Made by a program: the position numbers and the translations under genes. Below the pieces are notes generated by a model, which was not told where the DNA came from, did not search any database, and saw only the letters and a list, made by a program, of their open reading frames with translations. 64,000 bases of DNA, taken from contig NC_092676.1 in NCBI RefSeq assembly GCF_964355755.1, forward strand, positions 7,045,888 to 7,109,887. Direction: 5' to 3'. This stretch comes from Antedon mediterranea (Eukaryota; Animalia; Echinodermata). This document shows, in pieces, positions 9,001 to 22,070 of this stretch. Within the stretch, counting starts at the first letter, position 1. Each line of letters begins with the position of its first letter.

Positions 9001-12000
9001 ACCGAAAGCAATTTAACATTGACAGGCCAAGACAGATTAAACTTCGTGGGAGTATGACCCCTGACCTCATACATAGGAGGTTCCTCATTATAATATAAAT
9101 TTATTAATCCTAATCGCAAATTAATGAAATCCCATTAATTATTCTCGATTCTATTGTTGAAAATGTTGACCATTTGTCAGGCTAAAGCCATGGTCGAAAG
9201 ATGTTTGTAATGTAGAAGCCTCGGGGGTCTAGCAGATTGAAGTTTCGATAATTTTACCAAAGGGCCTGACTAAGCAATTAGTAACCTAATTAGAAACAAT
9301 AGAGTGTAATTAATAACATAATGTATTTTGAATAAATATGTATAATATTTTTTTAGGATTTTGTTTCCTATTTTCAGTAGGCTATAAATTACCATATCAA
9401 ATTTTAGACGAAGAAGGATTTCGGTTCTTTTTTTCCTTTTTTTTATTCTATTGAACAAACCATTCCACCATGTGACTATTATATAAGGCTTTTATTTTCA
9501 GTTTGTCTTGTATGAGGATTGCAGGCATTTTAGAATATACAAATCAAATTGATTTAGTTTTTACTATTAGATATTTTTTCCCCTTTTTGTTAGGTATCAC
9601 CCACCTGGTTGTATTTGCCTGTTTTCAAAAAGTATACGTAGGCCTACAGACACTAGAAAATAGATATCACCACGAATTTAAATACCTAATTGAACAATTG
9701 TTTATACATGTAGCCTATGCCTACATCGAGCGAATGAACTTGTAATTACAAAAAAAGAAAGGTTTATATAATATAAATAAATTTTGACCCGATTATTCCT
9801 CATGTTTGTAATGACGTAAGCAATACCGATTCAGCACATTTAGGTTAATTCTCAGATATGTGTTTATCACGCCTAATAAAACGTAATCCCCGTTTAAACA
9901 CACACCTACAATAATATTAGGTCCTTCTTTACTGCTTTAAGCCCCGAGATCTGGATATCGTCAGTAGTCTCGTAAAACTGGTAAACAGTGTTTAAACAAC
10001 ACTTTGATTATGATGGTGTAAGAATAATTAATAGCGCTGGAACTGTAATAGCACATTAGTGACAGTTTTTATAGGGTTTCGAACGATTCATGATCGCTGT
10101 AAATTTAGCTTTCGTTCACACGGGTTTTATGTGAGATTTTACAACGACGCCCTCATTACTGTACATCTTCTCTCCTGTTCATAGAATCCAATTTGACTAT
10201 TTTTTGCTTTAAATTACAGTTCTTTCAGGTAAATAATTTTTTTAAATCTACTTTTTGGTCAATGTGGAAAACTATTATGATTAAATAAAAAAAGTTGTTT
10301 CGATTTTTGTTTATTCCATTCGACCAGGAGCGAGGGGTAAGCCTAGCTGAAAAGTTAACATTTCTATTCCTATGGCAATCTACGTATATCAATGTATGGA
10401 AATGACAGGCTGGCGCGTTTATTTTGTATTTGTATATATTTCGTATGAAACGTCACGTGTGCCAAAGATTTAGAGCGATTACAATCTCGTCGTCGCTCGC
10501 TACCGTATACCTGTTATTTCCAATGTATTAATACGTAAAGGGTTTTATCTGTCAATCATTTTGTGATATAAACGGGTTGGACAGAAACTAGCTAGTATCC
10601 TGTGGACTTTATACTTCTCTACTACACTTGACACAGACCTATTAGCTTCATCGCCTTCTATATCAACAACCATCACAACGCTTGCCGCCGGTTGTCTCTA
10701 CGCTATTTTACACAGAGAGTAATTGATTCAGGCCTAAATATCTATATTTTACCGAACAAGAATGTTATATTTTGACGGTATGTTGAATAGTAGTAGAGGT
10801 AAGCTTAGATTATATTAGGCCTATTTTATTAATAACCAAACCAGTGCCTAGGATGTACTGTCAGTGTTGGTCACGTAAACAAGAACCACGACACATGGAT
10901 CTATAGGTCCATGGTTTGGGTGGACTATGGGAATCGCATTACGTGGACCTGGTCCATGTTGGTATTCGGGATATTGCATTTAGTTACGGGCTATGCACTT
11001 TAGTAATTTTTTTAAAATATCGTATACCAAAAATATAAACTTTTGAAATAAAATTATATCAAAATTCGGTTAAACAGCTTTTATATCAACGACTTTATTT
11101 TAATTAGAAAAAGATTAAGAAAAGAATGATCAAATTATTCATTATAATTTTTAATGCACCATATTATTCCTATTTTCTACATATCCGGATTATTTCTTAA
11201 AACCACGCAAACAAGAGCTTATTCTTACCGATGAACATTTAAAACATTTCCCAGATAGTACTAGTAAATTCAATCTGAAATTTTTTTGAGTGATTACATT
11301 TTCTTTGGGTTTGCATCTCAAATTGAGATTCAGTCATTTACTAAACCGACAACACTGTCTGTAGGCCGTAACATAGTTCGATATACATATTAATATAAAC
11401 ACGTCTGGTATTATTCCGATATTGAAATAGATTAAAACATAAATGAATGAATGAATTAACCTATTTTTGTTAACTCTAAACCAAAATGATTCGTGACAAT
11501 TTTAGTTGATTATTTTTATCATCTCAATCGGTTATTCATGAGACATTAAACATTTATATCTTCGTTGGCCTCAATCTGCAAATATTACCATAACGCCTCG
11601 ACCTTTGTATTTCGTATGAAAACTCTATTAAATATTACCGTATATCATAATCGTCATTGTTAAATTCTATTACGGTACATGCCGTTTTAATTTGTATTTT
11701 AGTGTATTAAAAAAATATAGATTTTGGTTTCACACTAGGACAAGTACGTACACGTACGTATAACCGCACAAATTTGTCCAATTATACACACGATCATCAG
11801 AACTGTCGGATCGCGCGCGCTTGTTGTGAAATTACTTTCGTTACGCGTGCTTCCTTGCGTTACGTCGTAAAATGCGAACACACCTTTAATTTGGACATTA
11901 CTCATTTGACCCGAGTTTTTAAAGAAAATTACATTTTTAATGATACAATAATGCCTTTCAACCCGAAGGTCCAGGGTTCACTAATTATTATATTATTATT

Positions 12001-12947
12001 AAAATAAAATTATTATATTGTAACTCGCGTATGTTTTACTTAACTTAAAAACGGTGTGAATATATTAACTCCAATTTCCTGGGCGCACAGAAACAGGACA
12101 ATTTTGTGGTAATATTATAACCGGTTAAAAGGCAGCGCAAAATAACCGGTTAAAAACACCCATTCAATTCGGTGTTACGCCCTTTAACCGCTTATTGCTG
12201 GGCAACTTTTTGCTGCAACACAACATAAGGGTTATTTTAACAGAAAATTATAAGGGGCTTTGTGAATGAAATGAAAGTTCATACAAAACAAGTGGTCATT
12301 GAATCCATGATATCTTTACTTTTATTAAAAGAATTGAGACCGAGTGTCGTGCTTCAGTAATCCGAAACATCGACAGAGCAATGACATATCATTGTGTACA
12401 ATGCCTGCCATGTTAAAACGCGGACGATGTTGCATGCGAATAGAATAAACAGTACTGAATAATAACGCAATGTTGCATCGAGTCGCGATTAATTTCCAAG
12501 TGAAAACAGACCGGTATAGAATGATTAATGAGTTTATGAAGACGATTTAAATACATTACTCTTCAGTACGCTATAAACATGTCGCATTCTGTGTATACTC
12601 AATCATCTTATAAATCACAGTCGCCCTAATTTACGATTTGTACACTGACAACATTGTCAGATACAAGTGTATAATAATTATATTAATTATGAAGTATTTT
12701 GATTAACGGGTTCTAAGCAATTCGTGATTCAATTATTGAATTATTCAAGTGTTTCTTTACACATTCTGGTTTGTCGGTCGGTCGCCATCTACTTTTTTGT
12801 CAATTTCTGGTAACATCATATAGGCCTAAAGATATAAATCTCAATAGTTTGTGACAAGTAGGCCGAAGTAAAGCTTTGTCGTACACAATTTAATTCCATT
12901 CTTCATTATCCGACTCATTAGCCGTATCTAAATATGTAGAGTTTCAC

Positions 12948-13132
12948 AGGCAAATTCCTTGATACAATATCACATGTGAAATTCATGTAACTCCCGTATC
13001 ATGTACCCTAACCTTCCTAAACCATAGAAATATTATAGTGAATATACACTATATACTATCTGTATGATCTAACCTTTCATGATATAGGCATCATGTGAAA
13101 AGCACATGGAATGCTGAATTACGGATTTGCCT
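12948..13132. mobile_element. Degenerate MITE-like element
   Basis: Ends AGGCAAATTCC / GGATTTGCCT with inner inverted CACATG/ATCATG motifs. Single copy in the window. Confidence 0.4.
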
Positions 13133-13837
13133 TTAATTGTTGTAATATTATGAATATGATACATATCAAACAACACGTTAAGTTACAACAATTAAGTTAC
13201 ACCACAACAATATTCAATTTAATGAAACCCACATCCAGCATGTATCCACAATAATAATTATGTGGTGAGATACAATACTATTATCTTGATTGTTTTATTA
13301 ATTGTAATAATTATGTGCAATTAATCCCTTCCACACTTCAATTAATTGGATAATAAATACCAATGCTGTTTTCAACGTCGTTGTACATCATTCTGAGCAG
13401 CACGTACCGAGACCTTGGCCTTCAATTTGACATCGACAATGTGTAACTCATTTTATACACGACGACATGTCTTTAAAAAATAAAACAATCATATGGAATT
13501 GCTTTAATCGTTTGTCCGCCTCCTTAATTCTGGAGTCGATTTACTTTATTAGGTTACGATGGGGTCGAACAACTCCCCGATGAAACATGTTATTAATACA
13601 AGTATAGGCCTACGTTAGAATATCGTTCTTTTAGCTAGGCGCCAATAGACTTATTTGTCAGGGTGTTGCACTAATCTAGGTTTAAATGGTGTTTAAAGAG
13701 ATATTAATTAAATAATGAGAGTGCTTGTTAAATTGTTTATAAATTAAACCCGTTTTAATAGTGCACACAAAAGGTCTTTAAATTGCGGTGGTTCCTTTTC
13801 AAAGACGTTATTCTTTGTGTTAAATCGATTCTTACTT

Positions 13838-13940
13838 ATTGGCGGTGTGTTTGCTTCGCTAAATCCATGAAATGCGAACCGACCAATCACGAGCTTGTAT
13901 TTGAGAAAATTGTGTCGTGAATTAGATTCGGGGTGGAGCG
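13838..13940 (+). promoter_or_regulatory. Candidate proximal promoter of frizzled-4
   Basis: ATTGG at 13838, CCAAT at 13883 and GGGGTGGAGC (Sp/KLF GT box) at 13930, in a locally GC/CpG-richer patch 400-500 bp before the ATG. TSS is not observable. Confidence 0.45.
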
Positions 13941-14327
13941 ACGTGTGGAAAAACAAAGTTTGCATTTGTGACGGAATCACTCTATGCGAACAAGGCGAGC
14001 TGGTAAACAGTAGTTTTTATAACCGCTCAAAAGAAATCGGTTAAAACATGGGAGAATAGTGATTATAGGCTGCAGGTTTAGAATACACAGGTGATTAATA
14101 AGAGTGGATATATTTTGAATGTGTTTTAGCGTCGTCTCAGTTTACTGGAGTCAGAGCTTTAATCGATATTTTATTGTGGACTTTCATTTGTGTTTTTTAG
14201 GTCTTTGATTACTCGCCGTGACACAATTACATTCAGTCGATCAAATAGGATATAGTAAGGCTGTTGGAACTTAACTATTGGTGTCCATATACTGTACGGA
14301 TTGACAGTGATGCATTGAACAGAATTA

Positions 14328-15971
14328 ATGGAAATCATGGCTAATACGTACAGCACTACACTGTGTTTTACGTTATTTCTCTTCATAAATGGAGTTCGTG
14401 CTCAGCAGAATCATGCCGAGGATCCATTTTACGAACAGAAACCCACTCGATGTATGCCGATCGAGGTGGAAATGTGCAAGGGCCTCGGCTACAATGAAAC
14501 AAGCATGCCAAATCTCGTAGGCCATGAACTGCAGCAGGATGCAGGGTTAACGCTACAAACATTTACACCTCTCATCCAGTATGGTTGCTCGTCTTTGTTG
14601 AAATTCTTTCTCTGCTCTGTGCATGTACCCATGTGTACAGAACAACTTGATAAACCCATCGGAGCCTGTGCTCCTATGTGTGAACGAGTAAAACGCAAAT
14701 GTGAACCAGTTTTGAACGAGTTTGGATTCCCATGGCCAGCTAGTCTGAATTGCTCGAGATTCCCTCAGAAAAATATCGAAGGGAATCTGTGTATGCCTGG
14801 ACCTGAAGAAACAGAGGAGGACAAAGAAGTAGGCCTACCACCACATCCGAACAGACCAGGATTGGATAATAATGGACACCTAATTACTTTGCCAGGAGGT
14901 GAAATATCTCTGGAAACGTGTAGGCATAAACCCAGCCAAGAAAAGTGGATATACGTGAAAAGATACGGTGATTGTTCTCTGAAATGTGATCAAGATTTTT
15001 TATTTACTGAATCACAAAAGGACTTTGCAAGATTGTGGATGGCAATTTGGTCATGCTTATGTTTCATTTCAACTTTAGTGACCGTTTTAACTTTCATGAT
15101 AGAACCATCACGCTTTCGATATCCAGAAAGACCTATTATATTTCTGGCCATTTGTTATTTTATGTGCAGCATTGCTTACATCGTGCGTCTTGTAGCAGGA
15201 AGAGAAGCAATCGCATGCGACGAGGAAAATGGTGTTAAATTCCTTATTTTGAAAGAACTTGAAAACACTGGGTGTGCTATTACATTTTTACTTCTGTACT
15301 TTTTCGGTATGGCAAGTTCGTTATGGTGGGTGATTTTGACATTAACTTGGTTCCTAGCCGCTGGACTAAAATGGGGACACGAGGCGATAGAAATGCATAG
15401 TAGTTACTTTCATTTTGGAGCCTGGGGAATCCCGGCAATAAAGACAATTGTTATTTTAGTCATGAGGGTCGTGGACGCTGATGAACTAACGGGGATGTGT
15501 TACGTAGGAAATCACAACTCAGAGGCCCTCACTGGGTTTGTCATAGCCCCATTATTTACATATTTAGCAGCCGGAACACTGTTTCTTCTAACCGGTTTTG
15601 TATCACTTTTTAAAATTCGTTCCGTGATGAAAAACGACGGAACGAAAACGGATAAACTTGAACGATTAATGGTAAAAATCGGTGTATTTTCTTTGCTGTA
15701 TACTGTTCCAGCAACGATCGTCATTGCGTGTTGTTTCTATGAGCGTTCAAATTACGATACGTGGATGATGGGACTTCCGAACCCAAATATTGAACTATTT
15801 ATGTTAAAAATATTCATGTGCGTTGTGGTAGGAATAACCAGCGGAATGTGGATCTGGTCAACAAAGACTTTGGTCTCATGGACACGTTTTTCAAAAAAGC
15901 TTTCGGTAAAGCAGAGTAATGTGAAGTATGAGATGCCGAACGCCGCAGCTGCTAATGCTACGCCGGTATGA
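14328..15971 (+). CDS. fzd4: Frizzled-4 Wnt receptor, 547 aa, intronless CDS
   Basis: Signal peptide; CRD with FZD4-type [12 protein letters not shown]...[12 protein letters not shown]; 7 TM segments with [23 protein letters not shown] and [19 protein letters not shown]; KTxxxW (KTLVSW); C-terminal T-x-V PDZ ligand. Confidence 0.96.
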   Translation: MEIMANTYSTTLCFTLFLFINGVRAQQNHAEDPFYEQKPTRCMPIEVEMCKGLGYNETSMPNLVGHELQQDAGLTLQTFTPLIQYGCSSLLKFFLCSVHVPMCTEQLDKPIGACAPMCERVKRKCEPVLNEFGFPWPASLNCSRFPQKNIEGNLCMPGPEETEEDKEVGLPPHPNRPGLDNNGHLITLPGGEISLETCRHKPSQEKWIYVKRYGDCSLKCDQDFLFTESQKDFARLWMAIWSCLCFISTLVTVLTFMIEPSRFRYPERPIIFLAICYFMCSIAYIVRLVAGREAIACDEENGVKFLILKELENTGCAITFLLLYFFGMASSLWWVILTLTWFLAAGLKWGHEAIEMHSSYFHFGAWGIPAIKTIVILVMRVVDADELTGMCYVGNHNSEALTGFVIAPLFTYLAAGTLFLLTGFVSLFKIRSVMKNDGTKTDKLERLMVKIGVFSLLYTVPATIVIACCFYERSNYDTWMMGLPNPNIELFMLKIFMCVVVGITSGMWIWSTKTLVSWTRFSKKLSVKQSNVKYEMPNAAAANATPV

Positions 15972-18797
15972 AATCTATTCTATAGTGCTTAATAATTGAA
16001 TCACAATGGATGCCATATATAGGACACAGTTGCTTCACACTATTTAAAATTATTGTAATTTATCTGACTGTATTGATATCTGCAAGGAATCGTATCGCCA
16101 ACGCTTAAACATGGTTCGCCGACAATGATGAATCATATCATTGAGTTAGGAAAGCGAACACATTTATCATTACATTTTCTAGGCGTTCATTGATCTATAC
16201 GTACTTATTAAACATTTATATAGTATAATTATGTGTTATGCATTGTATAATGTGTTTCTATATACAGGTCTTCTTCCGATTTACCGTGTCGATTCTTCAG
16301 AGTATCGTATTTTAACAGAATCACTATAACACAACATTCCTCGTTCGTAAACGGTACATCGATCTTTTTATAGGGTAAATGCCGTGTTACTGTTAACTAT
16401 ATATGGAAAACAACATCGTTTTATTCGATCTAACAAGGCTTAATTTGTTCACAAAATCTCCCATGAATCTTAGTATGTTACGTCAAAATAAGAGAAAAAA
16501 TCATTTCGACAATTATACGCAATAATTGCAAGTTTAGTAAAAACTATATATTCGTGTAATTTTGAATTTGTAAATCGCATATAAACATGTTTGTGAGTAC
16601 AATTATCAGTGGACATAATGGTAAAGTGTGAAAACGTTTTATAACTTGGTGTAATATCAAATTATATAATCAAAATTGGTCTTAATCTATCCTGATTTGT
16701 CAGGTCTTCCAATCTCGTCTTAACTGACTGCATTTGACATAATGTAAAACACATTAGGCCTATTTGACAATTTATAGTTATAATTCAACGATAGAAGAAT
16801 GGGCAGAAAGAGTAGACTCAACTTCTAAAATATGGCGTATGTATTATCAAATCAATATTATTGGGCTCTCATGTCTAAAATCAGTGAAATACCTTTGATT
16901 TTAAAGGGGGTTTTCTCGTCAAAGAACCGACTCTTTGAGGTCAGTGTTGTGGACTTGGTATTCAGGCTCCCATAGTCGTCAAACACAGGCTTACAATTGT
17001 TTAGCCTGCATGCATTGAAGTACGCTTCAATAGCGTTAAAGGATATGTTACCTGATTTTGTCGAGCCGCTTTCACAAAACGTAATTAAGCATTCACGCAA
17101 TGGTAATAAGCGAGAACTAGAAAAACACGATGAACACACCTTTCAGAAAAGGAGGAGCCGCGTAGCCGCCATGTTTTTAAATTCATGCATTCAAATTGGT
17201 GTGCGTGTCTCCGAAAATGGAGCCAAATTAACGATTCTTCACACTACAGTAGTATGTGTTAAATAAAGCAGTGTTTTATTTAGCATCTACAAACAGGGAC
17301 ATTTTTCATTAATTCATTTTGTTTAGCAACAACGTCTGAATTTTGGTAGGAAGCATAGTTTTGCCACACACCATTTTATGAATATAGCAGGTTACTGTTG
17401 ACTATACTCGTGGCGAAAATGTTCAGAAAGTGTATCTCCCGATAACACATGTACCGTTATGCCCTCCATACGATATCTTGTATTCTCGATCATGCTATTA
17501 CCTTTATAAATACTATTTTTAGACCCTACTCTCACACCATGCTAAATTAATTCATCCACACACATAGGATACCTATGAAAAAAATGTGTTAAACTTTGTA
17601 TACAACTCTATATATAAGTTATTATATTTATAAATGAAATAATTATATCGTAGGGCATAGGCCTACAGGTCAGTTTAATGTATAACCCTGTATCCCCGTA
17701 ATTGTGATAGCCCTATTTAAATGCCAAGAAGTGTTACAAAAAAGCTATTGTATATAGAGTTTGATATATATACTGTACGTGCATTCAGTTGTATAATTTC
17801 ATAGAATAAAAGCATAAAAAATACGAGATTGTGCTTGTTTTTATCAATTGAGAATGTGATTAAATGTATTTTTATTTCAAATGTATCTATTCTTGAAATT
17901 GAAAAACGTTTACGGCATACTTTTAAGATGTATGAAGTCATAGAAAGCAGGTTGTCTAACATTTTTTTCTTCGAAAACAAGCTAACAGAAAGGAGGTTGA
18001 TATTGAAATTTTTGACAAATGTATAATTATTCACGTTCGAACTAATAATATTATTTGTTCTCATTAGTCATCGTCAATGAATTGTAGCAATTATGAAGAG
18101 AATTATCTTCCATAATAAACAACATCGTACTCGACCATTGACTGTACGTCATCGTCACCATTACATCTATCTACTTCTATCCCTTATAAACTGATATTCA
18201 CATATTGAGCAACATTTTATACAAAAACAATTCTGTAGAAAACATCGAGAAATGTATTTACTTGAATGTTTTGTACAAATTTAGTTCAAATATATTTTTT
18301 ATTGACGTATATTTTGCATGGAATGCCACGTTCGGTATATTAAAAGGTCACCGAGAGTATAATGATGTTAAAAATGTACATAGAAGTCTATACGATGTAA
18401 AGCTGTATCAATCGATATCTCTAATCTTCTTAAGAAATATTATCAGCTTATATTATTATCGACTGTGTGGTTGAAAGAAGAAAACAGCATTTAATGTCTC
18501 TGATTCCGTTTCAAGAGACACGACCTATAGACCTATTATATCACTTGATGTCGACTTCAATTCGTGTATGTGATTTGAGTTTAGGCTTCGATTCGTGAGT
18601 ATGTGATTCAATTCACCATTAGCTTTCATTTGTGAATAAAAGAATTTGAGATGGAAGAACGATCAATTTTAATGAATAGAATGACTGAATACACTGATTT
18701 TTGAAAGCCACGTAATGGGTTTACATAATAATGCCTAGTCCTATCTGTCTCTCATGGGGGGGGGGGGGGTGGTAAATACTGTACAATACCACACAGG

Positions 18798-18948
18798 CAG
18801 TGTCGTAACGTACAGACATGATCCCCCTTTTTTAGCACCCCCAAATGGCCCTTTTTGACATGTTTTAATGCCTGTTTTTTTTTGCGCTGGGCACTGCTCA
18901 GGGGTCCTTGGGTTTCGCCAGTGAGCGCTCATAGCCGTTACGCCACTG
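18798..18948 (+). mobile_element. hAT-like MITE, 151 bp
   Basis: TIR CAGTGTCGTAAC / GTTACGCCACTG; 8-bp TSD CACACAGG / CACCCAGG (7/8). Right half shared with 40456-40593. Confidence 0.8.
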
Positions 18949-19295
18949 CACCCAGGCCTATTGGATTTAGCCTGTCATTGGAATATTCCTTCCTCAAATA
19001 CAATAATACTGTTCGAAAGAATATTCTGTACTGATATTCATACAATTCAGTTTACAGTAGTACAGTATATTTGTGAAATTGCCATAAAACACAGTAACTC
19101 GATATCATCATTTACTGGATAAAAGTAAATACAGCACGGTAGCTTATGTATCTGATTACATACACATTCGTCACTTTACTCCCGTGATACTGAATATAAC
19201 ATGTAAATACGTATGAGGGTGGATGCCCCCATGTTGAAAAATACTCAATACATTTAAATAAATCATGCATGATTCCACCAAACGTTTGTGTTTAA

Positions 19296-19427
19296 GTGAG
19301 GCATTTAATAAATATGCAAACTGCCTTAAAATATCTAGGCGTTGTTTTCTGTTTTGATGATGAGAATAGTTTCTCGAAACATGTCAAGACATTTTAAGGC
19401 AGTTTGCCTATTTGTTAAATGCCTCAC
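19296..19427. repeat. Foldback element with 41-bp inverted arms
   Basis: GTGAGGCATTTAATAAATATGCAAACTGCCTTAAAATATCT versus the right arm: 3 mismatches, 50-bp spacer. Confidence 0.8.
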
Positions 19428-19684
19428 AATTGTGATTTTAACTCAATATAGTTAATTTGAAAAATGTTTGTTGAATAGGCCTAGATGTATTCAGACTTAT
19501 ATACACTTTTTTGATGAATCTTTCGCTGTACATAATTTTAGCTTGTAAATTTAGAGTATAAAGCTACACTAAATTATGAATGTGTAAATTCTCATTAAAA
19601 AAAACATTAACATTATACAGTATTATTTCGTATAGTTCTAATATAAAAGACTTTTATTTTAGGCTTCAATTATTTTTAAAAATA

Positions 19685-19822
19685 TATGATGCATTAAAAA
19701 GTAGGTCATCTCATGAACCTAAAACCGTTCCATCCTTGATTAAAACATGATATTTCCTAAAAACATTATTGGTAAAAAAAGACCCGGGAGATTCATGAGA
19801 TAAATTTTTATATGCATCATAT
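19685..19822. repeat. Degenerate inverted repeat / MITE remnant
   Basis: ATATGATGCAT...ATCTCATGAA mirrored by TTCATGAGAT...ATGCATCATAT. Confidence 0.5.
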
Positions 19823-20447
19823 AGTCGAGCTTAATGAGTCGTCGAAAGACATTCAGTTTCCGTCTCAAATTGAATAAGAAACCAAATTTATCTTTCTCGG
19901 AGGAAATAAATCAGACTTAAATATTTGTTTTCATTTCTGGTCAGTGATAATTAATACGGTAGCCATTCAACTTTAGTCCAGTTTTCATTTCTGAATATGA
20001 ACATAATAATACATTCTTAAATTTATAACGAAATAAGAACAACACATTGGTGTTTGTGGAAAGTAGGTGGTCTTTTAAAAGTTTTGGATTTCAATTAGGC
20101 CTAATATAAATGATAATTCATTGTGAGATAAATCCTTACACGTGTTCTTTTTGGATTTGAATTTTGTGTATTATACCTTTTCTACCACCTGTCAGCTAAT
20201 TTAGTCAGGTGGAAATAATAGGAGGAACAGTTACAATTTAATGGAAAAGTTTATCGGATTTCAACTTAATTTAAACATTTAATGATAATTCATTTTGAGG
20301 TAAATCCATTTTTGTACTCGAATTTATTGTCCTCGAAATTATTGTCATAAGGAAGTCACATGACAGGTATAATACGAACATTTCGAATACAAAAAAAAAA
20401 ACAAGTTAGGATACGGTATGTCTCAAAATTAATTTATCATTATATAA

Positions 20448-20975
20448 AGCCGTGTCTGCACTATCAAAATTTATGTACGTGACAAAAACATATTTAGTGC
20501 CCATATATGGACATGATGATGTTATATCACTACCATATTTGGACATATCACTACCATATTTGGACATATCACTACCATATTTGGACATATCACTACCATA
20601 TTTGGACATATCACTACCATATTTGGACATATCACTACATATTTGGACATATCACTACCATAGTTGGACATATCACTACCATATTTGGACATATCACTAC
20701 CATATTTGGACATATCACTACCATATTTGGACATATCACTACCATATTTGGACATATCACTACCATATTTGGACATATCACTACATATTTGGACATATCA
20801 CTACCATATTTGGACATATCACTACCATATTTGGACATATCACTACCATATTTGGACATATCACTACCATATTTGGACATATCACTACCATATTTGGACA
20901 TATCACTACCATATTTGGGAATATTACTACAGTACTATATTTGAGCACATCACACCTTTTTTGTCAGACAGAGCT
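20448..20975 (+). mobile_element. MITE family A copy with an internally amplified minisatellite
   Basis: Left end AGCCGTGTCTGCACTATCAAA after TAA; right end AGACAGAGCT before TTA. Confidence 0.85.
20524..20920 (+). repeat. Minisatellite, 19 x 21 bp ATATCACTACCATATTTGGAC
   Basis: Counted directly. Units 6 and 13 are 20 bp, unit 7 has one substitution and unit 19 has a variant end. Confidence 0.97.
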
Positions 20976-21711
20976 TTAAAGAAATAAAAACATTTCTAGA
21001 CTGAGAAACTTACAAGAATATGTATAAACAATGAGTACGCGATTTGTTGCAGCTAGTTAAGCCTTTGAATAATAATTTCATCTTGAGTATTAATACAACA
21101 CTTATATAATGCCAATTATGAAAATGGCAACCTACCCTTTGTTTAATGGGATTTGCATGGATGAACATAATGTTTTAATGCATATCTAGAGGCTGAATTT
21201 TAATGCAATTCCAAAGCATTCTCTTCTCCTCTAAGCTCAAAATTGTCAGCGACCCAGGCACACCTTTGAATGTTTTAAATCTATTATTTGCGACATTGGT
21301 ACGGTACATTACGCCTAAGGTTTATAGTCCCTATACGCAAATTGGTCTCGTATAACACATCCCACCTTTTCTAATTAGTGTCAACTTTCCTGGTATTTAT
21401 TTAGTATAACCTGTCCTGGCCTTATGCTTCACATGATATTAAAATTTAAATTACAAATAAAGACATCTTAACGGCCTTATTAGATAAACTCCAACACGTC
21501 CCCATTGTGATGTGAGTGAGTATGAGTCAATCACTACCGCGACAGACGAGTGGTATTAGATTAAGTTGACAAAAATATTTTGTGTCCCACGTAGGAGTAT
21601 AATTGCATGTATCCACCCGTTGAGAACGTGTAAGCAATTTGATGTTTAGGTAATTGTATGGAACGCCGAAGTGTTTCATACAGTAGACTATATGTGCGAA
21701 GCCAATCTTAA

Positions 21712-22070
21712 AGATGTATTGTCTCCAAACAACATGAAAAATACAGATTAATAAAATCAGACTTTGAATAGATATGGAATTAGTTTTATTTAAGTTAATC
21801 ACTTTCGTAAAAAAACGGAAAAATCAATGTTTTTACTTATAAAATGATAAAATGGTTAAAATACAAAATATTATTGAATTCAACCAAAAACCCATTGGCT
21901 GGCAGCCAATTTGACTATTTTTGGTTAAAATTACAATGTTTCAGGTAATTACATTTTTTTTTGATCCAATTTTTTTTCAAAGTGGATAACTATTAGGTGA
22001 CATTAAAATGGAATATTCAACAACAAAAATTTTAAGAATTATTTTTTCAGAGGCACAATAGGCTACATCT
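21712..22070 (+). mobile_element. TTAA-flanked non-autonomous DNA transposon, family D (Kolobok-like)
   Basis: TTAA|AGATGTATTG ... CAATA(GGCTA)CATCT|TTAA. Internal homology to 24387-24737. Confidence 0.8.

Noticed and set aside
16858-17266. ORFs and a YY1-like GCCGCCATGTTT downstream of Fz4
   Set aside because: Short, non-ATG and motif-free; one motif is not enough to call a promoter.
20406-20987. ORFs over the 21-bp array, and its CRISPR-like look
   Set aside because: Peptides are translations of the repeat and shift frame at the 20-bp units. There are no spacers or cas genes, and the context is eukaryotic.
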